A stretch of DNA of 54,111 nt from Desulfuromonadaceae bacterium UBA5613 (GCA_002424625.1 DIKR01000071.1:97392-151502); one strand, 5' to 3'. Shown: positions 36,073 to 46,902, counted from the stretch's first letter. Notes: generated from the sequence alone by a model not told the origin. Numbers and translations are program-made.

Positions 36073-36291
36073 TTGTCTAAAGAAGAAGCAATTGAAGTAG
36101 AAGGTTCGGTCATTGAGCCCTTGCCTAATGCCATGTTCCGCGTCAAGCTCGACAACGGTCATGTTGTTTTGGCGCATATTTCCGGAAAGATGCGCAAATT
36201 TTATATTCGTATTCTTCCCGGCGATCGGGTCACCGTTGAACTTTCCCCCTACGATTTGACCCGTGGCCGGATTACCTACCGCGCCAAATAG
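36073..36291 (+). CDS. infA: Translation initiation factor IF-1
   Basis: [41 protein letters not shown]...[17 protein letters not shown] 36073 gives the canonical 72-aa protein with GGAGGA 5-6 nt upstream. The listed ORF start 36058 is a longer alternative. Confidence 0.93.
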   Translation: MSKEEAIEVEGSVIEPLPNAMFRVKLDNGHVVLAHISGKMRKFYIRILPGDRVTVELSPYDLTRGRITYRAK

Positions 36292-36379
36292 TCAGGATTT
36301 CCGCGCTGTAACTGATGGGTCCTGTCATTGCACCGAGGGATGAATTGAACCTGTTCTCTTTGTCCTGATTGTCTAGCGA

Positions 36380-36410
36380 GAATACCGGCCTGGCCGGTAT
36401 TCCTGTTTTC
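36380..36410 (+). terminator. Rho-independent terminator after infA
   Basis: Palindrome gaataccggcc-t-ggccggtattc followed by CTGTTTTC. Confidence 0.5.
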
Positions 36411-36446
36411 TGGGGCGATTAAATGAAGTTGAGTGGAGAAATGAAG

Positions 36447-38996
36447 ATGCAGGAGCGTTATACCCCGGCGGATATCGAAAAAAAGTGGCAACTGTTCTGG
36501 GAAGAGCAGTCAACGTTTGTTGCCGAAATGTCTTCGCCCCTCCCCAAATTTTATCTCCTGGAAATGTTTCCCTACCCCTCCGGCCGCATCCACATGGGGC
36601 ATGTCCGCAACTATTCGATCGGTGATGTTGTGGCCCGCTTCAAGCGGCTGCGCGGCTTCAATGTCCTGCATCCGATGGGGTGGGACGCCTTTGGCATGCC
36701 GGCAGAGAACGCGGCGATTCAGAACAACATTCATCCGGCGAAGTGGACCTTCGAAAATATTGCTAATATGCGCACCCAACTCAAGTCGATGGGTTTTTCC
36801 TATGACTGGAGCCGGGAGCTGGCCACCTGCGATCCGGATTATTATCGCTGGGAGCAGTTGATTTTTTTGCAGATGTTCGAAAAGGGACTGGCTTACAAAA
36901 AAAGTTCCTTTGTTAACTGGTGCCCTTCCTGCCAGACCGTCCTCGCCAACGAGCAGGTAGAGGATGACGGTTGCTGGCGCTGTGACAGTAAGGTTGAGCA
37001 AAAAGAGCTGGAGCAATGGTTCTTTCGCATTACCGCTTATGCCGAAGAGCTGCTCGAAGCGACCAACCATCTCCCGGGCTGGCCGGAGACGGTCTTGACC
37101 ATGCAGCGCAACTGGATCGGCCGCAGCATCGGCTGTGAAATCGATTTTCCGGTCGCCGGCCGCGCTCAGGCGATCCGGGTCTTTACCACCCGGCAGGATA
37201 CGCTCTTCGGCGCCACCTTCATGAGCCTGGCTCCCGAGCATCCTCTGGCGCTGGAGTTGACGGTGCCGGAGCGCCGCGCTGAAGTCGAAGCTTTCATCGC
37301 CAAGGTGAAAACCCAGGACAAGATCAAGCGCAGCAGTGACGATTTCGAGAAGGAAGGAGTCTTTACCGGCTCTTACTGTATTAATCCCGTCACCGCGCAT
37401 AAGATGCCGATCTATCTCGGCAACTTTGTGCTGATGGATTACGGCACCGGTGCGGTCATGGCGGTGCCGACTCATGATCAACGCGATTTCGAATTCGCCC
37501 GCAAGTTTGATCTGCCGATGGTGGTGGTCATTGAGCCGCAAGGGGTGCTGCTCAACCCGGAATCGATGACCGAAGCGTGGACCGGCCCTGGCCATCTGGT
37601 CAATTCCGGCGAGTTTGACGGCTTGGCGAATGACGCGGCAAAGGAAGCGATTGCCGATGTGCTGGAGCGTCGTAAGATCGGCAAGAAGACGGTCAATTAT
37701 CGCCTGCGCGACTGGGGGGTTTCCCGGCAGCGTTACTGGGGAACACCGATTCCGATCATCTACTGCGATGATTGCGGCATGGTCCCGGTCCCGGAAAAGG
37801 ATCTGCCTGTGATCCTGCCGACCGATGTTCCCTTTACCGGAGAAGGCGGCAGTCCTCTTGCCAAGTCCGCGAAATTTGTCGAGGTACTCTGCCCCAAGTG
37901 CGGTAAGGCGGCGCGGCGCGATACTGATACCTTTGACACCTTTGTTGAAAGTTCCTGGTACTTTGCCCGTTACTGTTCGCCGCAGGCGACGCATGCGCCG
38001 GTCGATAAGGCGCAGGTCGATTACTGGATGCCGGTCGATCAGTATATCGGCGGCGTCGAACATGCGGTCATGCACCTTCTTTACGCTCGATTCTTCTGCA
38101 AGGTCATGCGTGATCTCGGCTTTCTGGCGGCGGATGAACCCTTCACCAATCTCCTGACGCAAGGGATGGTCTGCAAGGAAACGCAATCCTGCCCCACCCA
38201 TGGCTGGCTTTATCCGGAAGAGGTCGTCGAGGGGCAATGCTTGAAGTGTGGAACTCCTGCTTTGGCGGGGCGCACTGAAAAGATGAGCAAGTCGAAGAAG
38301 AATGTCGTCGACCCGGATAAACTGATTGCTCAGTACGGGGCAGATACCGCCCGTCTCTTCTCCCTCTTTGCTGCCCCTCCGGAGAAGCATCTGGAGTGGA
38401 ATGATCAAAGTGTTGACGGCTGTTATCGCTTCCTGAACCGGGTTTGGCGTTTGGTCTTTGAGCATCGCCATCTCGTTGCTGCGGGCGGTTTTGAACAGGA
38501 CGGGCCCGCCCGCAACCTGCGGCGTCTGACCCATCGGACGATTCGCAAGGTCACCGAGGATATCGACGGTCGTTTCCATTTCAATACCGCAATCGCTGCC
38601 ATCATGGAACTGGTCAATGGCATCAGCGCCTTTGAGGGAAAGACCACTTGCCCGGCTGTGATGCGTGAGGCGGTGGAGACGGTCGTGCGTCTGCTTGCTC
38701 CCTTTGTGCCGCATGTCACTGAAGAATTGTGGAGTCATCTTGGCCATGCCGAAGGGCTGGAAGCAGCGGGTTGGCCGGTGTGGGATGCCGAGGCGATCGT
38801 TGATGACGAAAAGGTCATAGTTGTTCAGGTTAACGGCAAGATGCGCGGCAGGATCACTGTTGCCGCCGATTTAGGCGATGAAGAGGTCAAAGTGCAGGCT
38901 TTGGCTGAAGCCAATGTTGCGCGGGCCCTGGCTGGGCAAACGATTCGCAATGTGATTGTCGTACCGAACCGCCTCGTCAATGTCGTGATCGGTTAA
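36447..38996 (+). CDS. leuS: Leucine--tRNA ligase
   Basis: [16 protein letters not shown]-terminus, HMGHVRNY (HIGH), KMSKSKKN (KMSKS) and a CP1 editing domain. ATG 36447 is preferred over 36423. Confidence 0.95.
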   Translation: MQERYTPADIEKKWQLFWEEQSTFVAEMSSPLPKFYLLEMFPYPSGRIHMGHVRNYSIGDVVARFKRLRGFNVLHPMGWDAFGMPAENAAIQNNIHPAKWTFENIANMRTQLKSMGFSYDWSRELATCDPDYYRWEQLIFLQMFEKGLAYKKSSFVNWCPSCQTVLANEQVEDDGCWRCDSKVEQKELEQWFFRITAYAEELLEATNHLPGWPETVLTMQRNWIGRSIGCEIDFPVAGRAQAIRVFTTRQDTLFGATFMSLAPEHPLALELTVPERRAEVEAFIAKVKTQDKIKRSSDDFEKEGVFTGSYCINPVTAHKMPIYLGNFVLMDYGTGAVMAVPTHDQRDFEFARKFDLPMVVVIEPQGVLLNPESMTEAWTGPGHLVNSGEFDGLANDAAKEAIADVLERRKIGKKTVNYRLRDWGVSRQRYWGTPIPIIYCDDCGMVPVPEKDLPVILPTDVPFTGEGGSPLAKSAKFVEVLCPKCGKAARRDTDTFDTFVESSWYFARYCSPQATHAPVDKAQVDYWMPVDQYIGGVEHAVMHLLYARFFCKVMRDLGFLAADEPFTNLLTQGMVCKETQSCPTHGWLYPEEVVEGQCLKCGTPALAGRTEKMSKSKKNVVDPDKLIAQYGADTARLFSLFAAPPEKHLEWNDQSVDGCYRFLNRVWRLVFEHRHLVAAGGFEQDGPARNLRRLTHRTIRKVTEDIDGRFHFNTAIAAIMELVNGISAFEGKTTCPAVMREAVETVVRLLAPFVPHVTEELWSHLGHAEGLEAAGWPVWDAEAIVDDEKVIVVQVNGKMRGRITVAADLGDEEVKVQALAEANVARALAGQTIRNVIVVPNRLVNVVIG

Positions 38997-39000
38997 GCGG

Positions 39001-39519
39001 ATGCGACAGGGTTTTCTGGTCAAGTTACTGGTCTCGGTTTTGCTCCTCCTTAGTTGCTGCGCGTGCGGCTATCACCTCGAAGGTAGGGAAGCTGCCGTGA
39101 CTGAGCGGCCGCGCCTTTATGTCGAGCTCTTTGCCAATGATACGCACCGCGCTTTTGCCAACGATGTCCTGACGGTGCAGGTCATTGAGCGCTTTGCCCG
39201 TAGCCCCCTCTTCTCCATCGTTGAAAATCCTGCTCAGGCCGATCTCCTCCTGGGCGGGGCAATCACCCTTTACGATACCGCGCCGATTGCCTACAGCCAG
39301 ACTGACACCATCAGTGCTTACCGGGCGGATCTGGCCGTCCGCTCGACCCTGCGCCGTCCCGGCGCCGCGCGCGAAATGGTCTGGCGTGGGACATTATCGA
39401 CGAGCCAGGATTATACCGGCAACAATCCCGACCTGGTCATGCAGCAGAGTGCCGAACGCCTGGCGAACGATCTTTATGTCCAGGTCACAGATGCGCTTTT
39501 CTGGAGCGGAGGCAAATAA
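39001..39519 (+). CDS. lptE: LPS-assembly lipoprotein LptE (RlpB-like)
   Basis: Lipobox (LLSCCACG), 172 aa, in the conserved leuS-lptE-holA position. The sequence itself is weakly diagnostic. Confidence 0.7.
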   Translation: MRQGFLVKLLVSVLLLLSCCACGYHLEGREAAVTERPRLYVELFANDTHRAFANDVLTVQVIERFARSPLFSIVENPAQADLLLGGAITLYDTAPIAYSQTDTISAYRADLAVRSTLRRPGAAREMVWRGTLSTSQDYTGNNPDLVMQQSAERLANDLYVQVTDALFWSGGK

Positions 39520-39524
39520 AGAGC

Positions 39525-40517
39525 ATGACTGTTGCCGAGCTTGAGCGGGTTATTGCGAACGGCCACTTTCCTCCGCTCCTCTTCCTCTACGGGGAGGAAC
39601 AGTTCCTGCTAGAACGCACTCTGCAACACCTTCTCGACAAAGCGATCCCCTTGGACGCGCGGGACTTCAATCTCACCATCTTCCACCCCAAAGAATTTTC
39701 TGCCGCCAAACTCCTTGATACGGTTCGCACCTATCCCGTCTTCTTTCCGCGCAGAGTCGTGCTTGTCAAAGGCGCCCATCAGATTGTTGCTGCCGAGCTT
39801 GAAGGCCTGCAGAGCTATCTTCAGCATCCCTTGCCTGAGACACTTTTGATCTTTGTCGGCGAAAAGATCGATGCCCGGAGAAAATTCTTCATCGATTTCA
39901 AGAAGCATGGTGAGATGGTTGAGTTTAAGAAGTTGTATGACAACCAGCTGCCGGCGGCGATTCGTGATCTGGCCAGGCAAAATCATCTGACCTTGACCGA
40001 TGCCGGCCTCACTCTCTTTTGTCGTCGTGTCGGTGCCAATCTTCAGGAAGTTGAGACTGAACTAGTCAAGTTGGCCCTCTATCTCGGTGGGAAAGCCCTT
40101 GCCGATGTTGCTGATGTCGAGGCGGTGGTGACGGGTAGTCGGCAGGAGACAGTCTTTGCGCTGAATGATGCCATCGGTGAGCGACAGACGGCCCAAGCGG
40201 TCGCACTGGTGGGGCGTATCCTTGACGAAGGTCTGGCTGCTCTGCTGATTCTGAATATGGTGACGCGGCATATGCGCAATCTATGCAAAGTCGGGGAGAT
40301 GGTGGCACAGAAGCGTTCCAAGGGTGAAATCGCCAAGGTCGCGGGGGTGAATCCTTATTTCCTGGATGGTTTGATCCGGCAATCGCGTAATTTTAATGCG
40401 GAGCAGATGCGTCAGGCCTTTGAACGCCTGCTGACAACCGATCTTGCTCTCAAGTCGGCCGGCGCCCATCCGGCGGCAATGCTCGAAGGCTTGGTCCTGG
40501 CCCTGTGCACCGAATAA
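39525..40517 (+). CDS. holA: DNA polymerase III subunit delta
   Basis: 330 aa. The N-terminus PLLFLYGEEQFLLER is typical of HolA, and the synteny follows lptE. Confidence 0.88.
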   Translation: MTVAELERVIANGHFPPLLFLYGEEQFLLERTLQHLLDKAIPLDARDFNLTIFHPKEFSAAKLLDTVRTYPVFFPRRVVLVKGAHQIVAAELEGLQSYLQHPLPETLLIFVGEKIDARRKFFIDFKKHGEMVEFKKLYDNQLPAAIRDLARQNHLTLTDAGLTLFCRRVGANLQEVETELVKLALYLGGKALADVADVEAVVTGSRQETVFALNDAIGERQTAQAVALVGRILDEGLAALLILNMVTRHMRNLCKVGEMVAQKRSKGEIAKVAGVNPYFLDGLIRQSRNFNAEQMRQAFERLLTTDLALKSAGAHPAAMLEGLVLALCTE

Positions 40518-40521
40518 AAAA

Positions 40522-40545
40522 AGGGCCATTCTTGCGAATGGCCCT
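40522..40545. terminator. Bidirectional terminator between holA and rpsT
   Basis: agggccattc-ttgc-gaatggccct hairpin preceded by AAAAAA, between convergent genes. Confidence 0.55.
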
Positions 40546-40569
40546 GGATTAACGCTGATAGTTTGGCGA

Positions 40570-40833
40570 TCAGGTCAAATCGTTGACGAGTTTGCTCAGG
40601 CGTGAAATTTTGCGACTGGCGGTGGCGCTGTGAATCACCCCTTTAGTCGCGGCTTTGTCGATGCAGGGAATCGCTTTTGCCAGAGCAAGTTTTGCCCCGT
40701 CAATGTTTCCTTCGGCGACAGCCTCCCGAACTTGTTTAACATAGGTCCGCATGGTTGAACGGATATGAGTGTTACGGGCGGTCCGTACGGCGGTCTGCCG
40801 AATCCGTTTTTCTGATGATTTGTGATTAGCCAA
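40570..40833 (-). CDS. rpsT: 30S ribosomal protein S20
   Basis: [30 protein letters not shown] is the canonical S20 N-terminus. 87 aa. Confidence 0.93.
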   Translation of the reverse strand: MANHKSSEKRIRQTAVRTARNTHIRSTMRTYVKQVREAVAEGNIDGAKLALAKAIPCIDKAATKGVIHSATASRKISRLSKLVNDLT

Positions 40834-40878
40834 GGTCGTTACCTCCGAATAGTAGACATGTCGTTAAACTTGTGTATG

Positions 40879-40907
40879 CATATAGCATTAGAATGGAACT
40901 CTGTCAA
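40879..40907 (-). promoter_or_regulatory. Candidate sigma70 promoter for rpsT
   Basis: The minus strand reads TTGACA-17 nt-TATATG in the AT-rich divergent region. Consensus match only. Confidence 0.35.
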
Positions 40908-41040
40908 GTTAAAATAATTGAATTAATCTTGAATTTTATCATTTAATCGGTAGGTTACGGTGATAGAATAATGAATTAATCAATAATAATCCTTCTTTTT
41001 TAGTTGTCAAGAATATTTATTTCCTCTTTGAAAGGCACTT

Positions 41041-41508
41041 ATGTCTCCGTGCTGTTCTCTCGATACTCCGATTGGAATGATCCGACTGGTTGCCGGCGAT
41101 CAAGGTCTTCATTCCTTATCGTGGAATGAGGATACGATCATTGAGCAAGAACCGGACAATCCACACCTACTGCTGGCGCGACAGGAGCTAAATCAATATT
41201 TTTCCGGCGGGTTGCGGACCTTTACGGTCCCGCTTGATTTTTCCCGCTGGCAGGGCTTTACAGCACAGGTTTATATGGCGTTGCGCGATGTTCCTTATGG
41301 GGAAACAGTCACTTACGGAGAACTTGCCCGTCGTGCCGGTCAGCCCGCTGCCGCCCGCGCCGTCGGCGGGATCATGGCGCGCAATCCCTTACCGATCATC
41401 CTCCCCTGCCATCGAGTGATCGCCGCCAATGGCGCCCTGACCGGTTATTCCGGCGGCGACGGTATCGCCACCAAGATCTTTCTTCTCCATCATGAAAAGG
41501 CGTTGTGA
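41041..41508 (+). CDS. ogt: Methylated-DNA--protein-cysteine methyltransferase
   Basis: Active-site PCHRVI and the TYGELA helix motif. 155 aa. Confidence 0.9.
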   Translation: MSPCCSLDTPIGMIRLVAGDQGLHSLSWNEDTIIEQEPDNPHLLLARQELNQYFSGGLRTFTVPLDFSRWQGFTAQVYMALRDVPYGETVTYGELARRAGQPAAARAVGGIMARNPLPIILPCHRVIAANGALTGYSGGDGIATKIFLLHHEKAL

Positions 41509-44148
41509 ATGGATCTGATTACGACCCATGTCAATGCTGATTTCGATTGTCTCGGAGCGATGGTCGCGGCGCGGCGCCTTTACCCGCAAGCTTTGCTGGT
41601 CTTCCCTGGCGCGCAGGAAAAGGGAGTCAGCGCTTACCTGGCGCAGCACGACGATTGCGCCGCGCTCTTCAGCAGGATCCGCGAGGTCGATCTGGCGGCG
41701 ATCGATCGTTTGATCCTCGTCGATGTCAGCCAGGTGGAGCGTATTGGCCCCTTTGCCGAAGTTGCCCGCCGCAGCGGGGTGGAGTTGCATCTTTACGATC
41801 ATCACCCCGAGAAAGGGAATGAACTTCGTCCGGCGATTGCCCGGATTGCCGCAGTCGGAGCGACGGTGACGATCTTCTGCGAACTCTTTCAGGAGCAGGG
41901 GATCGTTCCGACGCCGAGTGACGCGACCGCGATGATGCTCGGTCTTTATGAAGATACCGGCAGCCTGCAGTTTACCTCCACGACTGAGCGTGATTATCAC
42001 GCCGCTGCCTTCCTCCTGCGTCATGGTGCCGAACTCAGTGTCGTTGCTGAAAATCTCGTGCAAGAGATGACGGCAGATCAGGTCGAACTCCTGCATGCGC
42101 TCATTCAATCCCGGCAGGCCCTCAATATCAACGGCATCGACGTCAGTATCGCTCATGCCAGTTCGCCGGATTTTGTCGGCGATGTCGCGACACTGGCGCA
42201 CAAAATCAAGGATATGGAGAGTCTGGACGCGATTATTCTCGTGATCCGAATGGGCGACCGGATTATTCTCGTCGGGCGTTCGCGGCGCAGCGAAGTGCCG
42301 ATGAACGATATCCTGGCAGAATTCGGCGGCGGCGGGCACGCCCAGGCCGCCTCGGCCACGGTTTCTAACTTTACTTTGATTCAAGTCCTGGAGATGCTGC
42401 CGATGATCTTGACCCGGCATGTCACTCCGCTCTGGCGGGCCGAGGATCTGATGAGCGTTCCGGTCAAAACCGTGGAAAGCGGCACGACGATTCAGGCGGC
42501 ACGCGATTTCCTCACCCGTTACAACGTCAATGCTGCGCCAGTCCTGGCCGAGGGTGCGGTCGTCGGCATTCTCACCCGTCAGACGGTCGATAAGGCCGCA
42601 CAGCATGGACTTGCAGGGACCGCCATCGATGAATTCATGAATCGGGACTTTTTTGTGGTGGGGCCGCAAACTCCGGTCGTTGAACTCAAAGAGTTGATGA
42701 CCGGCCGCGATCAACGTTTTGTGCCGGTGGTCGACAGCGGGCGACTGGCCGGCGCCATCACCCGCACTGACCTGTTGCGTCATCTCGTCTCCGGGCAACG
42801 CGCTCTGCCGGTGCAGGGAGCAGCGGTGCATGGCGGCGCCCTCTTCAAACGCCGTCCGATTGAACGGTTGCTGCGCGACCGCCTCCCGCCGAAAATCATG
42901 GAGCTTTTGGAGTCGGTTGCAGCGGTCGCTGATCGATTGTCTGTGGCGGTCTATCTCGTCGGCGGTTTTGTCCGTGATCTTCTGTTGCGCAAAAAGAATT
43001 TTGATCTCGATCTCGTCGTCGAAGGGGAGGGGATCGTCTTTGCCGAGGCCTTGGCTGCGGCGTTAGCGGGGCGGGTGCGGACCCACGCCAAGTTCGGCAC
43101 GGCGGTGGTCATCTGTCCCGACCACTTCAAAATCGATGTAGCCTCGGCCCGGATGGAGTACTATCTGCAGCCGGGGGCGCTTCCCAGTGTTGAGGAGGCT
43201 TCCCTTAAACTCGATCTTTACCGCCGCGACTTTACCATCAACACTCTGGCCATCGCTTTGAATCAGGGGCGCTTCGGGGAGTTGTACGATTTCTTTGGCG
43301 GACAACTCGATCTGGACAACCGGGTGATCCGGATCCTGCACAATCTCAGCTTTATCGAAGACCCGACCCGGGTCTTTCGTGCCATCCGCTTCGCGCAGCG
43401 TCTGGGCTTCAACATCGGCCCCCACACCGAATCTCTGCTGCGCAGTGCGGTCCGCCTCGGTTTTGTCGCCAGGATCAGCGGCGCGCGGCTGCGTAATGAG
43501 CTCATCACCATCTTGCAGGAAGAAGAACCGCTGCCGATTCTCCGGCAGCTCGCGAACTACGGTCTCCTGCCCTATGTGCAAAAGAATCTGGTACTGACCG
43601 AAAAGATTGCCAAGCTCTTTGCGGCGGCAGAACAGACGCTGAACTGGTATCAGCTCTTGTATACCGGCGAAGTGGTCGAGCCGTGGCAGGTCTACTTCCT
43701 TTGTCTGACCTCGCATCTCGATGATGCCGAGATGGAGGAGATGATCGAGCGGCTGCGCATGCCGGAAAGTCAACGTCACGACCTTCTTGCCGGCCGCACT
43801 GAGGCACATGGACTGTTGACCCGCTTGACCCGAAAGAAGAAGCGTGCGCCCCGGCCGCGGGCCAGCGAAATCTATCGCTGGTTTGCGAGCTGCTCGACGA
43901 CCGTCCTTCTGTATCTCAGTGCCCGCGCTGACGACGAAATCCGCCGCTGGATCTCGCAGTACCTCATTCATCTGCGCACGGTTCATCCCGAGTTGACCGG
44001 AGACGATCTCCGTAAACTCGGCTTTGCTCCCGGCCCGATTTATCGGGAAATCCTGGATGCTCTGCGCTTTGCCCGCCTTGATGCCGAGGTGGAGAGTCGC
44101 GGCGATGAAATATCTTTTGTGAAAAAACGCTTCGCTTCTGTGCTTTAA
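41509..44148 (+). CDS. DHH/DHHA1 - tandem CBS - poly(A) polymerase/tRNA nucleotidyltransferase family fusion protein
   Basis: N-terminal THVNADFDCLG (DHH), GGGGHAQAASA (DHHA1) and two CBS repeats. Then GGFVRDLLL...DLDLVVEG and RRDFTINTLA nucleotidyltransferase motifs. The ATG directly abuts the ogt stop. Confidence 0.85.
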   Translation: MDLITTHVNADFDCLGAMVAARRLYPQALLVFPGAQEKGVSAYLAQHDDCAALFSRIREVDLAAIDRLILVDVSQVERIGPFAEVARRSGVELHLYDHHPEKGNELRPAIARIAAVGATVTIFCELFQEQGIVPTPSDATAMMLGLYEDTGSLQFTSTTERDYHAAAFLLRHGAELSVVAENLVQEMTADQVELLHALIQSRQALNINGIDVSIAHASSPDFVGDVATLAHKIKDMESLDAIILVIRMGDRIILVGRSRRSEVPMNDILAEFGGGGHAQAASATVSNFTLIQVLEMLPMILTRHVTPLWRAEDLMSVPVKTVESGTTIQAARDFLTRYNVNAAPVLAEGAVVGILTRQTVDKAAQHGLAGTAIDEFMNRDFFVVGPQTPVVELKELMTGRDQRFVPVVDSGRLAGAITRTDLLRHLVSGQRALPVQGAAVHGGALFKRRPIERLLRDRLPPKIMELLESVAAVADRLSVAVYLVGGFVRDLLLRKKNFDLDLVVEGEGIVFAEALAAALAGRVRTHAKFGTAVVICPDHFKIDVASARMEYYLQPGALPSVEEASLKLDLYRRDFTINTLAIALNQGRFGELYDFFGGQLDLDNRVIRILHNLSFIEDPTRVFRAIRFAQRLGFNIGPHTESLLRSAVRLGFVARISGARLRNELITILQEEEPLPILRQLANYGLLPYVQKNLVLTEKIAKLFAAAEQTLNWYQLLYTGEVVEPWQVYFLCLTSHLDDAEMEEMIERLRMPESQRHDLLAGRTEAHGLLTRLTRKKKRAPRPRASEIYRWFASCSTTVLLYLSARADDEIRRWISQYLIHLRTVHPELTGDDLRKLGFAPGPIYREILDALRFARLDAEVESRGDEISFVKKRFASVL

Positions 44149-44200
44149 TGTCTTTCTGAATTGTTTCGGAAGATCTATTGCTAAAGGATTAAAGGACCCT

Positions 44201-44863
44201 ATGGAAGACTTCTTTGCCAAACTCTCGATCATGCTCGTCCCGGCTTTGCTCGCCATCACCGCTCATGAGGTGGCGCACGGGCTGGTTGCCGATCACTTTG
44301 GTGATCCGACGGCGCGGCTTCTCGGACGCTTGACGATTAATCCGGTAAAGCATCTTGATCTGGTCGGGACGATCACCCTGCTGATCTTCGGTTTTGGCTG
44401 GGCCAAACCAGTGCCGGTGACCTTCAGTAATCTGCGTAATCCCCGCCGCGACATGATCCTGGTGGCGCTTGGCGGTCCAATCGCCAACCTGCTGTTGGCG
44501 ACACTCTGCGCTCTGGGTCTGCATCTCCTCGGGATGCTGTCGCTGCAATCCCGTTCTCTCGAAGCGATTTCGCTGATGCTCGGCTTTGGTCTGTATGTCA
44601 ATCTCCTCCTCGCCCTCTTTAATCTGCTGCCGATTCCCCCGCTGGATGGCGGACGGGTTCTGATGGGCCTCCTTCCGCCCCGCCAGGCCTATACCTTGTC
44701 GCGGATTGAACCTTTTGGCTTTTTACTGGTCATTGTCCTGATCTATTTCACCGGCTTATGGAAAGCGGTGATCGCGCCGATGGTGAATTTTCTCCTGGTT
44801 ATTTTTGCCGGACAGCAGGTAGTGGTGGTGGAGCAGGCGATGCGTTTTCTTTTTGGCCGTTGA
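44201..44863 (+). CDS. Site-2 protease family (peptidase M50) membrane protein
   Basis: HEVAHG zinc motif and NLLPIPPLDGG. Multiple TM segments. Confidence 0.8.
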   Translation: MEDFFAKLSIMLVPALLAITAHEVAHGLVADHFGDPTARLLGRLTINPVKHLDLVGTITLLIFGFGWAKPVPVTFSNLRNPRRDMILVALGGPIANLLLATLCALGLHLLGMLSLQSRSLEAISLMLGFGLYVNLLLALFNLLPIPPLDGGRVLMGLLPPRQAYTLSRIEPFGFLLVIVLIYFTGLWKAVIAPMVNFLLVIFAGQQVVVVEQAMRFLFGR

Positions 44864-44903
44864 GTCGTCAACTGCAAAAGTTCTTTTCTCGCCGCGGTAA
44901 TTC

Positions 44904-44932
44904 TTGATTGCCGGCGCCGCAACAGGTATAAC
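44904..44932 (+). promoter_or_regulatory. Candidate sigma70 promoter for the ole operon
   Basis: TTGATT-17 nt-TATAAC, 33 nt upstream of the oleA ATG. Consensus match only. Confidence 0.3.
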
Positions 44933-44964
44933 AGCCAAAACAATTTACCCCCCAATGGTGGTTC

Positions 44965-46008
44965 ATGAGATATTCACGAGTCTATATAGAATCAGTCGGT
45001 TATGAATTGGCGCCGATCGTCGTCACTTCGACGGAGCTGGAACAGCGCCTTAAACCGATGTATGAAGCGCTGCATATTGCGCCCGGGCAACTTGAAACCC
45101 TGACCGGCATCCGCGAGCGACGCTGGTGGAAGCCGAATACTCCGGTGTCGCTGGGAGCGATCGCCGCTGCCCGCAAGGCGCTGCAAGGGCGGAATATTAC
45201 CCCGCAGGATATCGGCGCGGTCGTTTATGCCGGCGTTTGTCGCGAGAACTTCGAGCCGGCCACCGCTTGTCCGGTGGCGTCCGCCCTCGGTGTCCACGGC
45301 GCCGCCGCTATTTACGACATCTCCAATGCCTGTCTCGGCATTCTCAACGGCGTTCTTGATATTGCCAATCGCATCGAACTTGGCCAGATCCGCGCCGGAT
45401 TGGTTGTGGCTTGCGAAAGCTCCCGCGAGATCAACGAGGTCATGATCAAGAAGATGAACGAAAATCCGAGCATGGAGCTCTTTACCACCTCCCTTGCCAC
45501 CTTTACCGGCGGTTCCGGGGCAGCGGCGGTCCTGCTCACCGATGGCTCCTTTACTCCGGCACGGCGGCCGAAACTCCTCGGCGGCGTCAATCTCGCCGAG
45601 CCGCAGCACCATAAACTCTGTCGCTGGGGGATCAAATCCAATTCTGTCGAGAATCACGTCCCCTACATGCAGACCGATGCGGTGGCGGTGATGAAGCATG
45701 GCGTCGAACTCGGCAAACGCACCTGGGATGCGCTGCTCAAGGAGCTGGATCTGACCACTGAGCAGATTGACAAGGTTATCTGTCATCAGGTCGGCAATGC
45801 CCACCAGAAGCTGATTTTACAGACGATCGGCGTGCCGCTGGAGAAGGACTTCACCACCTATGAATTCCTCGGCAATATGGGGACGGTCTCTCTGCCGGTG
45901 ACTGCCGCCCTCGCCAAGGAGCGTGATGTTCTCCTCCCCGGCGATATCGTCGGTTTCCTCGGCATCGGCAGCGGTCTCAACTGCCTGATGTTGGGGATCC
46001 AATGGTAA
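44965..46008 (+). CDS. oleA: OleA-type thiolase (FabH-like, head-to-head Claisen condensing enzyme)
   Basis: FabH-like fold with active-site Cys context (ISNACLG) and a GNMGTVS C-terminal motif. It is assigned as OleA because of the strict oleA-B-C-D gene order. Confidence 0.8.
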   Translation: MRYSRVYIESVGYELAPIVVTSTELEQRLKPMYEALHIAPGQLETLTGIRERRWWKPNTPVSLGAIAAARKALQGRNITPQDIGAVVYAGVCRENFEPATACPVASALGVHGAAAIYDISNACLGILNGVLDIANRIELGQIRAGLVVACESSREINEVMIKKMNENPSMELFTTSLATFTGGSGAAAVLLTDGSFTPARRPKLLGGVNLAEPQHHKLCRWGIKSNSVENHVPYMQTDAVAVMKHGVELGKRTWDALLKELDLTTEQIDKVICHQVGNAHQKLILQTIGVPLEKDFTTYEFLGNMGTVSLPVTAALAKERDVLLPGDIVGFLGIGSGLNCLMLGIQW

Positions 46009-46898
46009 AAAAATCCCTTTACCCCTTTTCGGGGCATTATCACGATCTGAATGGTTTGAAGTACCACTACCTTGATGAAGGTCAGGGCGAAACCGTGGTC
46101 ATGGTTCATGGCAACCCGACCTGGTCCTTTTACTACCGCAATCTCGTCCTTGCCCTGCGCGACCAGTATCGGGTGATCGTCCCTGATCATATCGGCTGCG
46201 GTCTGTCCGACAAACCGGTCGATTCCGGCTACTCCTTTACCCTGAAGCAGCGCGTCGATGATCTCGAAGCTCTCCTCGAAGCTCTCGGTCTGCGTGAGAA
46301 GATTACCCTTGTCCTCCACGACTGGGGGGGGATGATCGGTATGGCCTACGCCTCGCGCCACCCCGAGCGCATTGCCCGGCTGGTCATTCTCAATACCGGT
46401 GCTTTCCCGCTCCCGGCGGCCAAGCAGTTTCCCCTCGCCCTGAAGATCTGTCGCGACACCCAGTTCGGCGTCTTTCTCGTCCAGGGACTCAATGCCTTTG
46501 CCCGCTTGGCCGCGCGCGTCGGCTGCAAACGTCACCCGCTGAGCAAAGAGCTGCGCGATGCTTATTGCAGCCCCTACGATACCTGGCACCATCGTATCGC
46601 CACTCTGCGCTTTGTCCAGGATATCCCTCTCTCTCCCGACGATCCTGGCTTTTCCTTGATCCAGGAAGTGGCGGACGGTCTGCACCGTTTTGCGGCGCTG
46701 CCGATGCTGATCTGCTGGGGGGAGCGCGATTTTGTCTTCGATCACCATTTCCGTGATGAATGGCAACGGCGTTTCCCGGCGGCGGAAGTCCATTCCTACC
46801 CCGATTGCGGCCATTACATCCTTGAAGACGCCCAGGAAGAGATTGTCCCGCTGATCCAGCAGTTCCTGAGCCACCACCCCCTGCCCAGCCCCGAATAA
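46002..46898 (+). CDS. oleB: OleB alpha/beta-hydrolase (haloalkane-dehalogenase-like beta-lactone decarboxylase)
   Basis: HGNPTWSFYYR and nucleophile-Asp elbow VLHDWGGMIG. It overlaps oleA by 7 nt. Confidence 0.8.
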   Translation: MVKKSLYPFSGHYHDLNGLKYHYLDEGQGETVVMVHGNPTWSFYYRNLVLALRDQYRVIVPDHIGCGLSDKPVDSGYSFTLKQRVDDLEALLEALGLREKITLVLHDWGGMIGMAYASRHPERIARLVILNTGAFPLPAAKQFPLALKICRDTQFGVFLVQGLNAFARLAARVGCKRHPLSKELRDAYCSPYDTWHHRIATLRFVQDIPLSPDDPGFSLIQEVADGLHRFAALPMLICWGERDFVFDHHFRDEWQRRFPAAEVHSYPDCGHYILEDAQEEIVPLIQQFLSHHPLPSPE

Positions 46899-46902
46899 GA
46901 GG

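Noticed and set aside
36510-38747. 745-aa ORF on the minus strand, the longest in the ORF track after leuS itself.
   Set aside because: It lies entirely antisense to leuS, whose class I synthetase motifs are unambiguous. Its translation is Arg/Gly/Pro/Ala-rich with no family motifs. This is the typical shadow ORF of GC-rich DNA.
40919-40981. 10-nt direct repeat TGAATTAATC (40919-40928 and 40972-40981) in the rpsT/ogt divergent region.
   Set aside because: It is a short repeat in a very AT-rich promoter region, so chance occurrence is plausible. No associated palindrome or known operator was recognised.
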